The notes under the pieces: generated by a model
What the model saw: only the letters and a program-made list of their open reading frames with translations
Databases searched by the model: none
Told to the model about the DNA's origin: nothing
Shown: positions 1 through 11,656 of the stretch, piece after piece
Layout: the number at the start of each line of letters is the position of its first letter
Position numbering within the stretch: position 1 is the first letter of the stretch
From: Lophium mytilinum
Taxonomy: Eukaryota
Direction: 5' to 3'
Assembly: GCA_010093605.1 (NCBI GenBank)
Contig: MU004201.1
Span: 501,106-565,105 of the forward strand
Length of the DNA stretch: 64,000 nt
Made by a program: the position numbers and the translations under genes

Positions 1-54
1 TCCTAACTGCCCTACTGAATCTCCACAAACGTATACACGACCCTAAAGCTAAAG

Positions 55-3000
55 ATGAACTCGCTCACCTACATTATAGTAGTAGTGGCACCAGTCGCAA
101 CTGCAATTATGGACAACCTCTCGGCCTCGGATGTAAGTGCCCTCCTGTATGCAACTGGGGTGCGGCTGTCGGAGGCCCAGTCGAAGAAGTACCTAGACGT
201 GCTTAGGGAAATGCCTGAGTACGCTGACTGGATTATGGATAAGGTTAATTAAGGGTGGCCTATAGTCCTCGTGGGCAGCGACGTCTCCACGCTCATCGAG
301 AGGGTTATGAACCCGCTGGCGTTCTGGCGTTGTGGTGGTATGAGCAGGAGACTCACAATCTGGTTGGCTGTTCTAGCCAGGCCCTTGTTCCCCGTAGATG
401 ATCAGGAAGGCGAGTACGTTGGCATGGACTACAGCGGCAACGTGGTCGCCAACGTATACACCTATAGGAGCGGCCCCGGGTTGCCGAAAGGTCTAGCCGA
501 CTCGATCTTCTCGCTACCACCTAGCGGCCTGGCCAACTACGAGAAGATGTAGGATAGCACTAGCTGGTTCCTGGGCAAGACCCCGAATATGAACGGCCTC
601 GACATCTTCTTCTTCTTCGAGTCGGTACCCGTCTGTAATTGCTTCTTTGAGTCGCCCGCTTATAATACTACATACCCACACGGGCTTGTTTAAGAAGGGC
701 TGGAGCACCCCCAGGTATGGCAGGGCGTGCTCTAGACGCCCCCTATAGCCACAAGGACACCGGCGCATATAATCGGGGATAAGATTACGACGTCGTTTAT
801 GCAGCTAGGGCTGGCCAACAACGTGGTTAGGTCCGCGAGGGGCGTCACGGCAGTACAGGCAAGCAGTTTCTCCAAGACTAGCATCTTAATTAGCTTCGGC
901 AAGCACACGCTTAGGACTGTAATAGATATTCCTCTTGTGCTCACGAACAATAAGATGCATGCCAGCAAGACTATAATCCGGCCCGGCCGCAGGTTGGGCG
1001 ACAAGCTGTCGATGCACTCTACAATCACGCACCTGTTCGCGACGCAGCTCAATAAGCGGGACTTTATTAACCTTATGAGAGGAATAGGTACTATGCATGC
1101 CAACAATATTATAGAGCTGTACACGAGTCCGTTGATGGACGTGTTTAGGGACTTGCACTGGACCTCGAGCATAAGAGAACGGGGGCACGAGCTCACGATC
1201 CTAAGCTGCGGGCTGTTCTTAGCAACGAAGACGGAGAGAATTGAAGGGGTAACCACGACCAGAGAGATTGGCCTGTCCGAGATCGCGAATCTGCATGGGC
1301 ATACAGTAATGAAGAAGACCGCCAATATGCCCTGGAACTTAAACGCGACTATAGACTACTAGCAGTATAAAGTTTCCGTCGCTAACGTGGTTATGAACTT
1401 AATTGTAAGTCTGTTAGGGCCTGTAAGCGGAGGCTCCTACAGTTAGGTGGCGGTGGACCCATCCGGGGAGCTGTTGCAGAGTGCGATACCCGAAGCACCG
1501 TCGGCAGTAAGGTTGTATAAGAGCAATGCCTCTGTCCCATGCAGGTGGAATATCTTGTTGGAGGAGAGGGACAACTTTGTGGCTGTAGGAGTAGTAAGGG
1601 AAGGCTAATTCGGGAGGAAGCAGAGAAGATCTTTAACAAACTTTAAGACCATCTACATCTCTAAGTGACGACGTTCAGCACCAAGACTTACAGGACCGCT
1701 TACGGCCAGGAGCTGCGCTGTACAAGCACCTATTCCATGGATATTAGCAGGGCTCGGAGTTAATCAACTAAATCGACAGTTAATCGAATTAATTAAAGTC
1801 TTGACAATTTAATTCAGTAGCTTAGCCATCTAGATAAGGTTTAATGAATTGATTTTAAGAGGCCTAATCGATTAAAAATTAAACAGCAGTTCGATCGTGA
1901 CCACACGTGATGATATTTGTTTGGTATTAATGCTCTTGTCCCTTGGAGGTCCGCAATCCTTAGCCTCTAATTAGTCCACTACTAACTAAATAATCTCTAT
2001 GTTATACATTCTGGCACACTCTCTCTTTTATGCAGCCTACTATGCTTCTATGCAATCTCCTTAACGCTTAAAACTGACTGTGCGCTGCGCCAAGAATATT
2101 CGATTGATTTGAACCTCCACTAACTAAGCAGTTAATTCGATTGAATTCGAGAGGCCTAATCGATTAATCGGTTGACTCCGAGCCCTAGATATTAGCACCT
2201 ACTAGGTCCCGTTCTTACTTACATCCAGGTACGACGAGGTATGCAACAACCGGCTCGTGGATCTGCTTAAGAACAACTGTAAGTTTAGGAAGACCATGAT
2301 GCAGATACTTATGCCGTTCGACTTAGCCAAGTTTCTAGCGGCGGTCCGGTGCGGCCTCACCCGCAAGGAGAGGGACCTGCACATGCACCCGCTGTTGGAC
2401 GTACTGGGGAAATTTGACGATCTGGCAGTCCTGGAGGAGATTGGAGTTGTGGTTGCGGTGGTGGGTAGCGATCTAAACCTACTTATGCAGAGGACAAGGG
2501 GCCCGGTAACGTACCTGGAGACGTACGGGAACAACTACAACTTATTATTCCTGCTCCTGGCATTCAGGGGGCCTTAAAAGGGGGATGGATAAGTTTAAGC
2601 TTAACTCTATATATAGGAGCATAGGAGACAAGGAGTGGTCGCTCTAGGACTTGCCTAGATACTAGCCTCTAATTAGATACTAGATTAGGTGCGAGGCACC
2701 CCGGTGCCATTATTAGCCCCTACTCGGAGCACCGCGGCCTCTTCACGGACGTCCCAACGCCGCTCTCTAGCCTAATAACGTCGGCGAAGTTCGTCGCCAC
2801 GGCACCCGCATGGACGAGGACAGCTTAGACATCAGCCCGGAGATGATGGAGAAGCTCGCTTCGAAGACGATTCCGACTGGCTCTCGTGTTATGACGTACG
2901 TCGGGGCTGGACCTGGGTTCCCGGTGCTAAACGGCGCGGTGGGACTGGTTGAAGAACAGGATGGGGATGGGTTATTAATGCAGCAGCAGGATGAGGAGCC

Positions 3001-3283
3001 GAGCGTGGACGACATTAGGATTAGGGGGTAATTGATGCCGTACGGCACGCCGAGATACCTGTTCACAATCAACACCACGGACATGCTGACGAACAGAATC
3101 GGAGTCACGACCATAAGGGCCCCCGATGCCAGCGACGTCTAGATGCTCACCTTACCGTCCGAAGAACCCACGGGAACATCACGGCTAATCCAAAGTAGAC
3201 ATCTACACGTGCTCGCCTTGAGAAGCTGCAGCATACTCGCCACTGTAAACAGCGATAGTTATAGCTATTATAGTGGAGGTTGA
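55..3283 (+). pseudogene. RIP-disrupted intronless orphan gene built of three copies of an unrecognised domain; interrupted by a MITE
   Basis: Track ORFs 55-252, 271-552 and 799-1362 share one frame, separated by TAA/TAG. Reading continues across the MITE (…MDIS|TY*VPFLLTSRYDEVCNNRLVDLLKN) into 2257-2577 and, after a frameshift, 2810-3031. The repeated motif is seen three times. The 3' end is uncertain. Confidence 0.65.
1748..2187. mobile_element. hAT-type MITE (440 bp)
   Basis: Imperfect TIRs CAGGGCTCGGAGTTAATC…GGTTGACTCCGAGCCCTA. Perfect 8-bp TSD GATATTAG at 1740-1747 and 2188-2195. AT-rich non-coding interior. Confidence 0.9.
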
Positions 3284-3962
3284 AGCTGGCTCCTATATGG
3301 CACACCACTGTAAGTACAACACTGTTTGTGTACAGCTGCACTCCTGGATGTGCACATCGTGATGGACATGAACAACAACAGCTATATCTATATAATCTGC
3401 GGCGAGATTAAGGACCCGTCCAAGACTAGGTTCGCGTACGCGAGAATAGGTTCTGACTAACCACCCGAGCCGATCGTGCAGGTGCATAAGCGCGCAGGAG
3501 ATGGTCCCCATAATATTAAACAAGTACGCATCCGCGAAGGGGGTGTTTAAGATTTCGCCGGTAAACCTGCACTCGTTTGAGATGGCAGGCGTGTAGCCGG
3601 GGGCGATTTTGGCGGTTACCAGAGGCAGAGTTACTACCTAGTCCCCGTTCAACCTCTTCCTTACCTTCTTGCTAGGCAGGCACGTCCACCACGAGCAGCC
3701 TACCTCCATGACGTCGTCCGCCGTCACGTTCCCGAAGTAGCCTAATCTCTAACTCCCTGGTCGCCTTTCTGCTTCCGCTTGCAATTACTACCGGATTTAG
3801 AACTACAGGATGCTCTATGTACGGGATAGCAGCCATCTTTGTTAGGCAGTACAGCGCAGCTTGCACGAGATTAGATGCACGTTCGCTGTTGGAGATGCCG
3901 TCGTGATAGAAATAGCCAGGCGGTACGGGACTGAGGATAATAAGATGTACGCAACCGCGTTC
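3284..3962 (+). pseudogene. Orphan ORF remnant, possibly a continuation of the upstream gene, reading in frame into the UTP18 fragment
   Basis: The frame from ATG 3501 (MVPIILNKYASAKG…RRYGTEDNKMYATAF) has only TAA/TAG-type stops and continues into EIEGH*DKQRSME. Confidence 0.4.
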
Positions 3963-4768
3963 GAGATTGAAGGCCATTAAGATAAACAGCGCAGCATGGA
4001 AAATTTCTCTCTCTCCCCGAACGGACAATATATGGCCTTGAAAGGTACTGCGCGGAAGGGTGGCGGAGCGGTTAACTTCCGCAATGCCTATACGCTGTAA
4101 TGGATTGCACAATATAGCATAGATAGCCTTGGCAGTATTATAGACTTTGCCTAGTGGGGAGACGGCCGCGGCATTACAATTGCATCTAAGAAAGGACGGC
4201 GAAGTTTTGGAATGGAATGTGCAAGAGAAGCGGCTGGTGGCCAGATAAGTAGACGACGGAGATGTAGGCACGACGATAATCGCGCTCGGTGGCCAGATGG
4301 GTAGACGGCGAAGATGTGGGCACGACGACGATCGCGCTCGGTAGGAAGCGAGGCAGAGACGGTTCAATTGGCGGTAATGGATGGGCCGTAGTTGGCAGTT
4401 AGAGCAGCATCGTCAAAATCTACGATTGGAGGGCTTGATGTGCTAATCGTAAAAAAGCATTAAGCGACAGCGACGATAAGGAAGAGGAAGAGTCGGTTGT
4501 AAATGGAGGCATTCTAAAGGCCGCAATGCTAACACGTGTATTGGACCACCTTACTACCCCAACGTCTTATCTCGAATTTTCGCCGCAAGGACAGCTACTA
4601 GTAATGTCGAGTTGCTGGAAAAACAACGCACTGCGGCTGGTTTACTTGCCCAGCTGTACAGTATACAGGAACTGGCCAACGGACAAAACACTGTTGGGAA
4701 GGATAACAGCAATAGCCTGGGGAAAAGCCGAACGGGACGTTAAGAACGAGTTCTATTCCATTTTCTAG
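3963..4768 (+). pseudogene. UTP18: C-terminal half of U3 snoRNA-associated WD40 protein Utp18 (fragment with stops and frameshifts)
   Basis: Translates to QRSMENFSLSPNGQYMALKGTARKGGGAVN…DFA*WGDGRGITIASK…DGEVLEWNV…LDHLTTPTSYLEFSPQGQLLVMSSCWKNNALRLVYLPSCTVYRNWPTDKTLLGRITAIAWG. The ALRLVxLPSCTVYxNWP motif is characteristic of Utp18. Confidence 0.85.
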
Positions 4769-5125
4769 CGCCAGGCCAGGTTGAAACATGAGCATAAAGA
4801 CTCTAATGGCGGCAGACGTGCTGCTCGTTAACTACAGCCACCCTTACGCCATCACCCTTCTTCTCCAAAGCGGGAGCCATTTGATCCGTTTCCGCCATCT
4901 TGTTATCCGCGCAACCAGCAGCACTTATATACAGCAGCCAGTTAATAATTACAAACAACTAGAATGGCACATTTTACTAAACATGGCTACGAGAACGGGC
5001 CTTATGATCAACATGCTCCTGGATTAGACATTGTCATTTCCGGACGCCACAAGCTGCAGTGTGGCGTTGGCGGCTGCTCATTGGACATAGCAAATTTGAG
5101 CAATCTTTGAAGACATCTAAAGACC

Positions 5126-6559
5126 ATGCATAAACTACGTGTCGCAGACGGCGGCCGGCGGAAGAAGCTTAAACAATCCGGAGTTGCAGCGCCGCCGCAA
5201 ACGTATTCTAGGGTCCTGTCCGTGTCAATAGGCCATATAAAGTTTAATCTCTGCGAACATACATTATATAGCATTATCTTACCTGACAAGTTGCCTATTT
5301 CACCTTGTTGGTTCCATTATTCTCGTGCCGCAGAGCTATTTAGAACCCTTAGGACCGATTACGTTAACATAAAGGACTCTAAAGTTGCATTTTATTAACT
5401 TGTTATACTCTTTAAGATTCTGAAGCACACCCACGGACATACAGTGCACTACCTAACTGACTAGCCTAATGCACGAAAACTTATAAACACTAAAGGCGCT
5501 CGATATATTGTTTTTTTCTGGGCTTCAGCTGCCAGGGATCACGCTTAAATGCGCGATGCTTTGGATAAGCTTACGGATGCTCTTGGAGATTTTATTAGCT
5601 TCCCTACCGTTAAAGAGTGGCGGTGGGACTTAGCAAAGATACATGACATTTAATGTCTCGACTAGATTGCCGAGGAGGACGGCGCCTACCGACCACAAAG
5701 CTGTTTTGCCGGTCTGAAAGAGAACTTCAACAATGCGGAATTCCCCTGCCAGCTGCCAAAGGGAATAAGGAGCGTTTTAAAGCGTAGCCACAGTGCAAAC
5801 GTTAACGATGTCGATACTAAAGCATAAGGAGGGAGCATCATACCAATGTGTAAGCAGCGAAAATGTAAGCCGCTAGTAGGACGCGGGAATGCTTATAAGT
5901 GGATCCACCAAGAGTATGTTCCTTCTATTAATACCCTTAGGGAATTCCGGGTATTCATCGCTACAAGGAATGCATCCACGAATGGCCAATTGAAGCGGGT
6001 TCCTTATATCGTCCACGCCATTAAGACGCACTAGGGAACAGACCCAGAAATGACTGAGAATGAGGACACTAGGCAGCAGAACAAGGCGAAAAGAAATAAG
6101 CCTAAAGAACCAGACTGGGTTATGCAAGTTAATGCTCTCACGGAATTCGATCGCTTCCCTAAATGGGCCTCTCTCAGCGGCCGTAATATACGCAACTTTG
6201 GACTTCACATCTTTATAAGGCTTTCTTCGAATCCCGAATGGTAGAAAGGTTATGCGTCCTTCAGCGTCGGTGCGAGGATAGATATTGGAATTGCACCAAG
6301 CGGAACTGAGCTCTTTGTAGTTGAGATAACACGCGTTAGTGCTGCAGACTTTTTCTAGCAGGACACGCTGGGGTTACCATATAATCTAGTATGCGAGGCG
6401 TATGCAGAGGTAATAGCAGAGCTATATCCAGCAGAAAAAGTTGTATTAGAGGAAGACGGGAGAGACTTGGTCTAGGTGAAGCAGATGATCGGCAGTCTTA
6501 TCGAGGGGACGTGGGCTGAGGGCGGGGAGAAGAATGCGAAGCTGTTGCCATCCAAATGA
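5126..6559 (+). pseudogene. Fungal hypothetical protein with ATP-grasp-like motifs, RIP-disrupted
   Basis: Track ORFs 5126, 5846 and 6050 share a frame that ends at TGA 6557-6559. Motifs VLKRSHS, WIHQEYVP…EFRVFI and RIDIGI…LFVVEITR resemble the ATP-grasp core. Confidence 0.55.
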
Positions 6560-6752
6560 GGCTTAGCGTTAAAGACGCTAAGCTGAATTAGGAAGCACGG
6601 AAGTTAAGCCACAGCTGGTATAGATAGGATTAGACCAGAGGGTGCCCCCTTGTTCTGCCATTGACTTTCGTGGCTTAATTTCCATAATAGGCCACCTAAT
6701 GCGTCTAGGCGCTGTAGAGCTTACAGATTACAAATAGACTTAAAAGGCATAG

Positions 6753-8485
6753 TTACCAATAAGCATTTATTCTACTTCTAGCTGAACTCGCTATTATTCT
6801 CTCCTCTAACTTTGTACTTTGTCCTTTCTCTCTATGCTTAGACAGGTGTCCTAGATTCCTTCGCGGAATCCCCAACCTCAGTTGACAAAGCGGCCTTTCG
6901 TTTGGATCTTGATAGGTTCGATAAGAGATTCCTATTACGGCGATGTAGTTGCTAGGACGCGTGAACATGCCTAGACGCATGCATATTCAATTTTTTCCTA
7001 AAAGGAAAGTCCCTAGATTTGACGCGCCTTTCGTTTCTTTAGAAATTGGTTGAACTGCTTGGCGTTAATGTATATGGCAGCCTCAGCGTTATAGCAAAGA
7101 CATGCCGGAAGCATTGCGATTTGGCCTTAAGGCGGCGACCTAGTGACGGCCACACTGCCTCTAGGGGAGCTTGTGTACGCCCGAAGCCATCGCGTTGCAC
7201 ATCTTCAACTGTACGAAGTAGTCTTTGCGTGCCGTTTAAGAGGAGTTGTCGAGGTAGAGGAGCCCTCGGGATAAGACTTAAGACGTCCGCAACTCTAAGC
7301 CCCTCATTCGTTACTCGGTTGAGGTTTAAACGAGTCTGATTCTTTGTTTAGTTAAAGCGTACAACCTACTCTAATCTGCATCCTTTAATTCCATTAATAT
7401 CGAGAGGCCGCTGCTATTAACGGAATGAACGGAAGCCCTGGAACTTAATCAGTTTAAGCGGGTGGTTGGACGAATTCGAGCGATACAGTCCCAAAGGGAT
7501 CATAAGCGTGATGATGGAGCGTAGGGCTAACGTGTACTTAATAGTGAACACCCTCATCCTCTACAACTACCGCGCGGTCGCATAATTGGCCTTAGAGTTT
7601 CTTTAGCGGAGCGATGGACGGTGCCTACTGCTTTACTAGTAGAAGGGGGGTAGTTATAACAACGGAGGAAAGTTTAGGTTACTCGTCTTGCATGCAGCTC
7701 GTTTTTGCGGGTTGGCCTTTCAATTCCGTAGCAGTATAATTGTAATTCTATTAATTCGCGGTCCTCGTGGGCGCTTTTGCTGCGCTTGTTGATGATAGGA
7801 CTAGCCTTCACCAGGCTCGTTGATAATGAGAAGAATCGCCGCAGTCTTGCCGGGTCGATTTAATAAGATGGCGCTGGAGTCTCTCCAGCGCAGTGGTAGA
7901 GAGTCCCCAACTGCGTTACTGATAGAAGATGATGTCGATATTGACAGAGGAGAGTTCAGGTCGTCGCTCTCTATTCTTCGTGAACAAAACGAATTATTAT
8001 ATTCCGCCTCCAATATTACAGCTGCTTCGCTGGCGACTGTTGATCTATATAACGTAAGAATCCAGCTAATCTAATATACGCTGCCACAGGACTCTATGGT
8101 GCAGTTCTTGTAATTCGTATTAGCTGGCCTACTAACATGAAATGCCCAAACATGATGCTTAATGCGGTATACTTAGGCGATTGCTCTTGGTTAAGCCTGT
8201 TGAGGGCTTTGTTAAGAGTAAGCTAATGTGCGTGGTATAATCTGCCTCGCCTGTAATCTACTATTGGACATTGCAATGGTTTCTTTGATGACAAGCACTG
8301 CGGAACGGGGCCCCTTATGCCAGATTACTGTTCTGCTCAGCAATTATTTTGTATAAGATACGGTCGATAAATTGGAAGTTCTCTGCATTTTCGATAAAGG
8401 TTTAGAGGCCGGAACGAGGTAATATAAGTTCGAGCAAGGCCTTGGGCTTTCGAGCAGGCATTGTCTTCGGTGAACCTTCGGCATG
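6753..8485 (-). pseudogene. Divergent NF-YA (HapB/Hap2-type) CCAAT-binding domain gene, pseudogenised
   Basis: Minus 7078-7020 reads AIYINAKQFNQFLKKRKARQ and, after a frameshift, RKKLNMHASRHVHA. These match NF-YA consensus segments YVNAKQFHRILKRR and YLHESRHxHA. Long low-complexity N-terminal region; boundaries approximate. Confidence 0.7.
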
Positions 8486-8749
8486 CTTAAAAAGGTTTCG
8501 AGATTAAAAGACGATGGAACAGGTTTGAACGAGGCTTTAAACCTACGAGCGTGTATTAAGTTAGGTGTATCGGCGCAAATCCCATTATGTAGAGGGGATG
8601 GTGAGAGTTATTACATCGCAGGGCTTGGCAAACCGCAAAGTAAAGAGTTGACTAAGGTTACGCACATTAAGTACCGTAGCGGTGGCATAACTGTAGTAAG
8701 AGTTCCTTGAGGTGTCTACTACGGGTGCCGAGCTAAGGACCTAATAAGA

Positions 8750-9623
8750 GTGCAGAAATGGTCCATGCGAAAGCTTCCACAAGCGCGGTAGCGGGTGGTA
8801 TTGCAGTAAAGCACTCAGCAATAAGAGCAGGACCCGGTCTATAATGTAGTTCCCACCCCTAACCAGGTCCACCGCTTTAGTTACGCACCTGAACGTGTTT
8901 AGGGAAATGTCTAGAGATACAACCCCGACTCTCGCGTCGGCTACTACTGCCTTGAGGTTCTTAGTTGCGTTCGCCCTCCCGACTACGGCTGCCTACGCCC
9001 CTGCATCCACCTTTAGGATCGTGTTCCGGTTCGACACCTAATTGGCGCCGGGGTCGTGACCACGAAGATGTTCTTCTTTATAAACTGCTTTAACTTCGCC
9101 TCCGCCTTGGCGTCTACTACTAGGTGCAGGGACTTAACAAGGCCCTTAAGTGGACCCACCTCCATAAACTCGTATAAGGTCTTAATTATAGCTAGGTGCT
9201 TTATTGAGCTCCCACCCACGTAAATAATTGTACTTGTTGTCGGGTTAATCTCCCTAGCCCGATTATAAAGGTGTGCATGGCTACCACCGCCAACATGAAT
9301 GAGCTCGCGACGTAGTTGCGCCTTAGACCCGCGCACCTCGGCAGGGCCGCGTTATGGGCATGTCGGTATCCTTAATAGCGCTTGGAACCTACCCCCCCCT
9401 AGTTAGTGGGCGGCCTCTCGAGCGCAAACCTGTTCTTGGTCGCAGTCGCCTTGCGGTCGTAGGATAGGCTGATGCCCACCATTTACACCAACTCTTCGAC
9501 GACTAACTCATCCCGCAGCTTGGTTGGAAACACGGTCCCGTTCTCTATAAAGGTCTAAATCTACCCCGCAGACTCAATGACGGCCCTCATCGCCGTGGGG
9601 CAGTTGGTCTCGAAGTGGGACAT
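8750..9623 (-). pseudogene. Intronless orphan gene remnant with a weak methyltransferase-like motif
   Basis: Starts ATG 9623 MSHFETNCPTAMRAVIESAG* with GC3-rich codons and frameshifts. Contains TIIYVGGSSIKHLAIIKTLY…LHLVVDAK…GVVSLDIS. Confidence 0.4.
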
Positions 9624-10909
9624 GTAGGGGGTCGCGGCTTGTGATTGTAGTCTTAACCGCGTGTAGGTTGTTATCCGAGAGAATTATCCGTGGAGCGTGC
9701 TGAACGCACATCGGCCTTGAGAGCATTAGGCACGTGCACGAGATCTGGATCATGTACAGCAGCTGGAGCTTCGGCCCCGAGAGGAAGATAGTCGCAAGAC
9801 TGAGGACGTCCCTAGACAGGAGACCAAGAGGAGACTTATGGCTGTGGAGCTAGTCGGGAACGTGAACTCGCTTGCCAGGCAGACCCTCTCGGCATCGGAA
9901 TTCAGGCCGGCCATGTTTAGGCAGAGAGCGGTACTATTATTTAACTCATTTACGGTGGAGATCGTGGGTTCCTTTAGAGCCGGCGCTGGCTACAGCCGAG
10001 TTGTCAAAGGGCCCGTGCGTAAGTTCTTGCCCTTCGGACATAACCACCGTTAGGGTTACGAACTCAAAGTTGACGTCGTCTTAATGCGAAACCAGGCCAG
10101 CTAGTAGGTCAAAAACCAGGAACCTAAACGGAAGCGTATTTAGTGCGCGTGGGAGGAAAGCCTTTAAAAGCTGTTTATGAGATGGCCCTATTATGGAAGT
10201 ATCCACGGTACTATTAGAGAATTGGGCTATACCGCCTTCTCAGCCACCTGAAACGTAATTAAGTCTTGGTCGCTACGGCATTGCGGAGCATCTTCTACCC
10301 CTAGAGTTCGTTTCTAGACATCGGGATGCAGCCGCCCCTCTCTCTAGGAATAAAACCACCATCTCTTCTCGACCAAGTTACCCTGGGACGTTTCCGGGGG
10401 GTCTGCTGGTCGGTGGGATAATGTTCTTAGAAGCGCCCTAAGATCGCTGGGAATATCTTACAAGTACGAAATAGGTGATGATTGGTTTAAGGCCGTATCT
10501 AGAAGAGCCGGAATCGCCTTATCCGTGTTGTAGAGACGGACGTCAACATATTAATTGAACGGGACGCGTAAGTACGTACTTTACTTGTCTATACGCTTTG
10601 ACGAATTTGTTATTGTGGCCTAAGCAATTCTTAGCCGGAAGGAGGACATGACTGAACAAGTTCGAAGTCCTGGATAGATTAGTTGGGATTCTTTGTTGCC
10701 ATAACTAATCCGGACGCAAATAAGCCCTCCTCTATGTTATTTAACGATGGTTCACGTTTACGTTAAATACCAGGAATGTAAACGGGCTCGTGCGCCGCTC
10801 CATAAACGTGATCAGATCTATAGACTTAGACTTAATGTGCTACGACTATTGAGCGGTCCACACTATTGTAGTCTCCGTTCTAGACATGCTTGGCGTTCCC
10901 GTTCTTATC

Positions 10910-11507
10910 TTAAGCCCGAGTCTTGCCGGGGCCTAGGCCAAGAGCTTCGCTGAGATCATGACGGCGTCTGAGACGGAGTAACAACTGGGCCAAGATGCAG
11001 GACGTGACCGAAAACGCGCTTGCGGCGGCCGACACTAATGCGAAGGCCACTGGCATCGCGGCCCTAAGGCTGGTTGTGACTGTACTCGTATTTGTGGACG
11101 AGAGAGAAGTTGGTGCAGGAGAGTTAATTATAATTAGCCGCGTAAGGATGGCCACCATTATAGATGTGCACGAGCAGTTGTATAAGTTTACCCACACTTT
11201 CTGGCGCAACCTCCCGCAGCCGCCTGGGTGCAACCCTCCCACCGTAATCGCGTGGATGATTGTATAGGAGAACTACAACGTGAACCACTCTACCATTAAG
11301 TAGAAGAACTCCGGTCCGAGCACCTTCGTGCACGTGTGGACGATAGTGGAGAGGTTCAGGAACAACTTCGTGAGCCTGGGCTTGGAGTGGCTTATTAACG
11401 CCGGGACACCGTGGGCTACTGCACAGCCACCAGCATGGCCGGGCCCGCGGACGAGCATCTGTACACGAGGGGGACACTGTATCCACCCCAGCTGTGGCTA
11501 GAGACAT
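10910..11507 (-). pseudogene. Intronless orphan gene remnant with hydrophobic C-terminal segments
   Basis: Track ORFs 11273-11458 and 10910-11242 share a frame, joined by one TAG. Hydrophobic stretch AAMPVAFALVSAAASAFSVTSCILAQLLL. Confidence 0.4.
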
Positions 11508-11656
11508 GAAAGTGTCGACTGTTGACGAGCCCGTAAGGGAGTTAACGGTTGTTTCTCGACTTCGAGACCGCCATAATGTTGCCAGGGTCTTAATAGCTTA
11601 CTTGTATATGAACCGGTCCTAAATAGTGTAGCTATAAATATTATGCCAAAATCCTT

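Noticed and set aside
732..1325. 197-aa minus-strand ORF
   Set aside because: Antisense to the plus-strand frame that carries the repeated domain.
3672..4367. 231-aa minus-strand ORF, the longest in the track
   Set aside because: Antisense shadow of the plus-strand orphan/UTP18 pseudogene.
9838..10700. Short ORFs between the orphan genes
   Set aside because: No consistent frame or recognisable motif on either strand.
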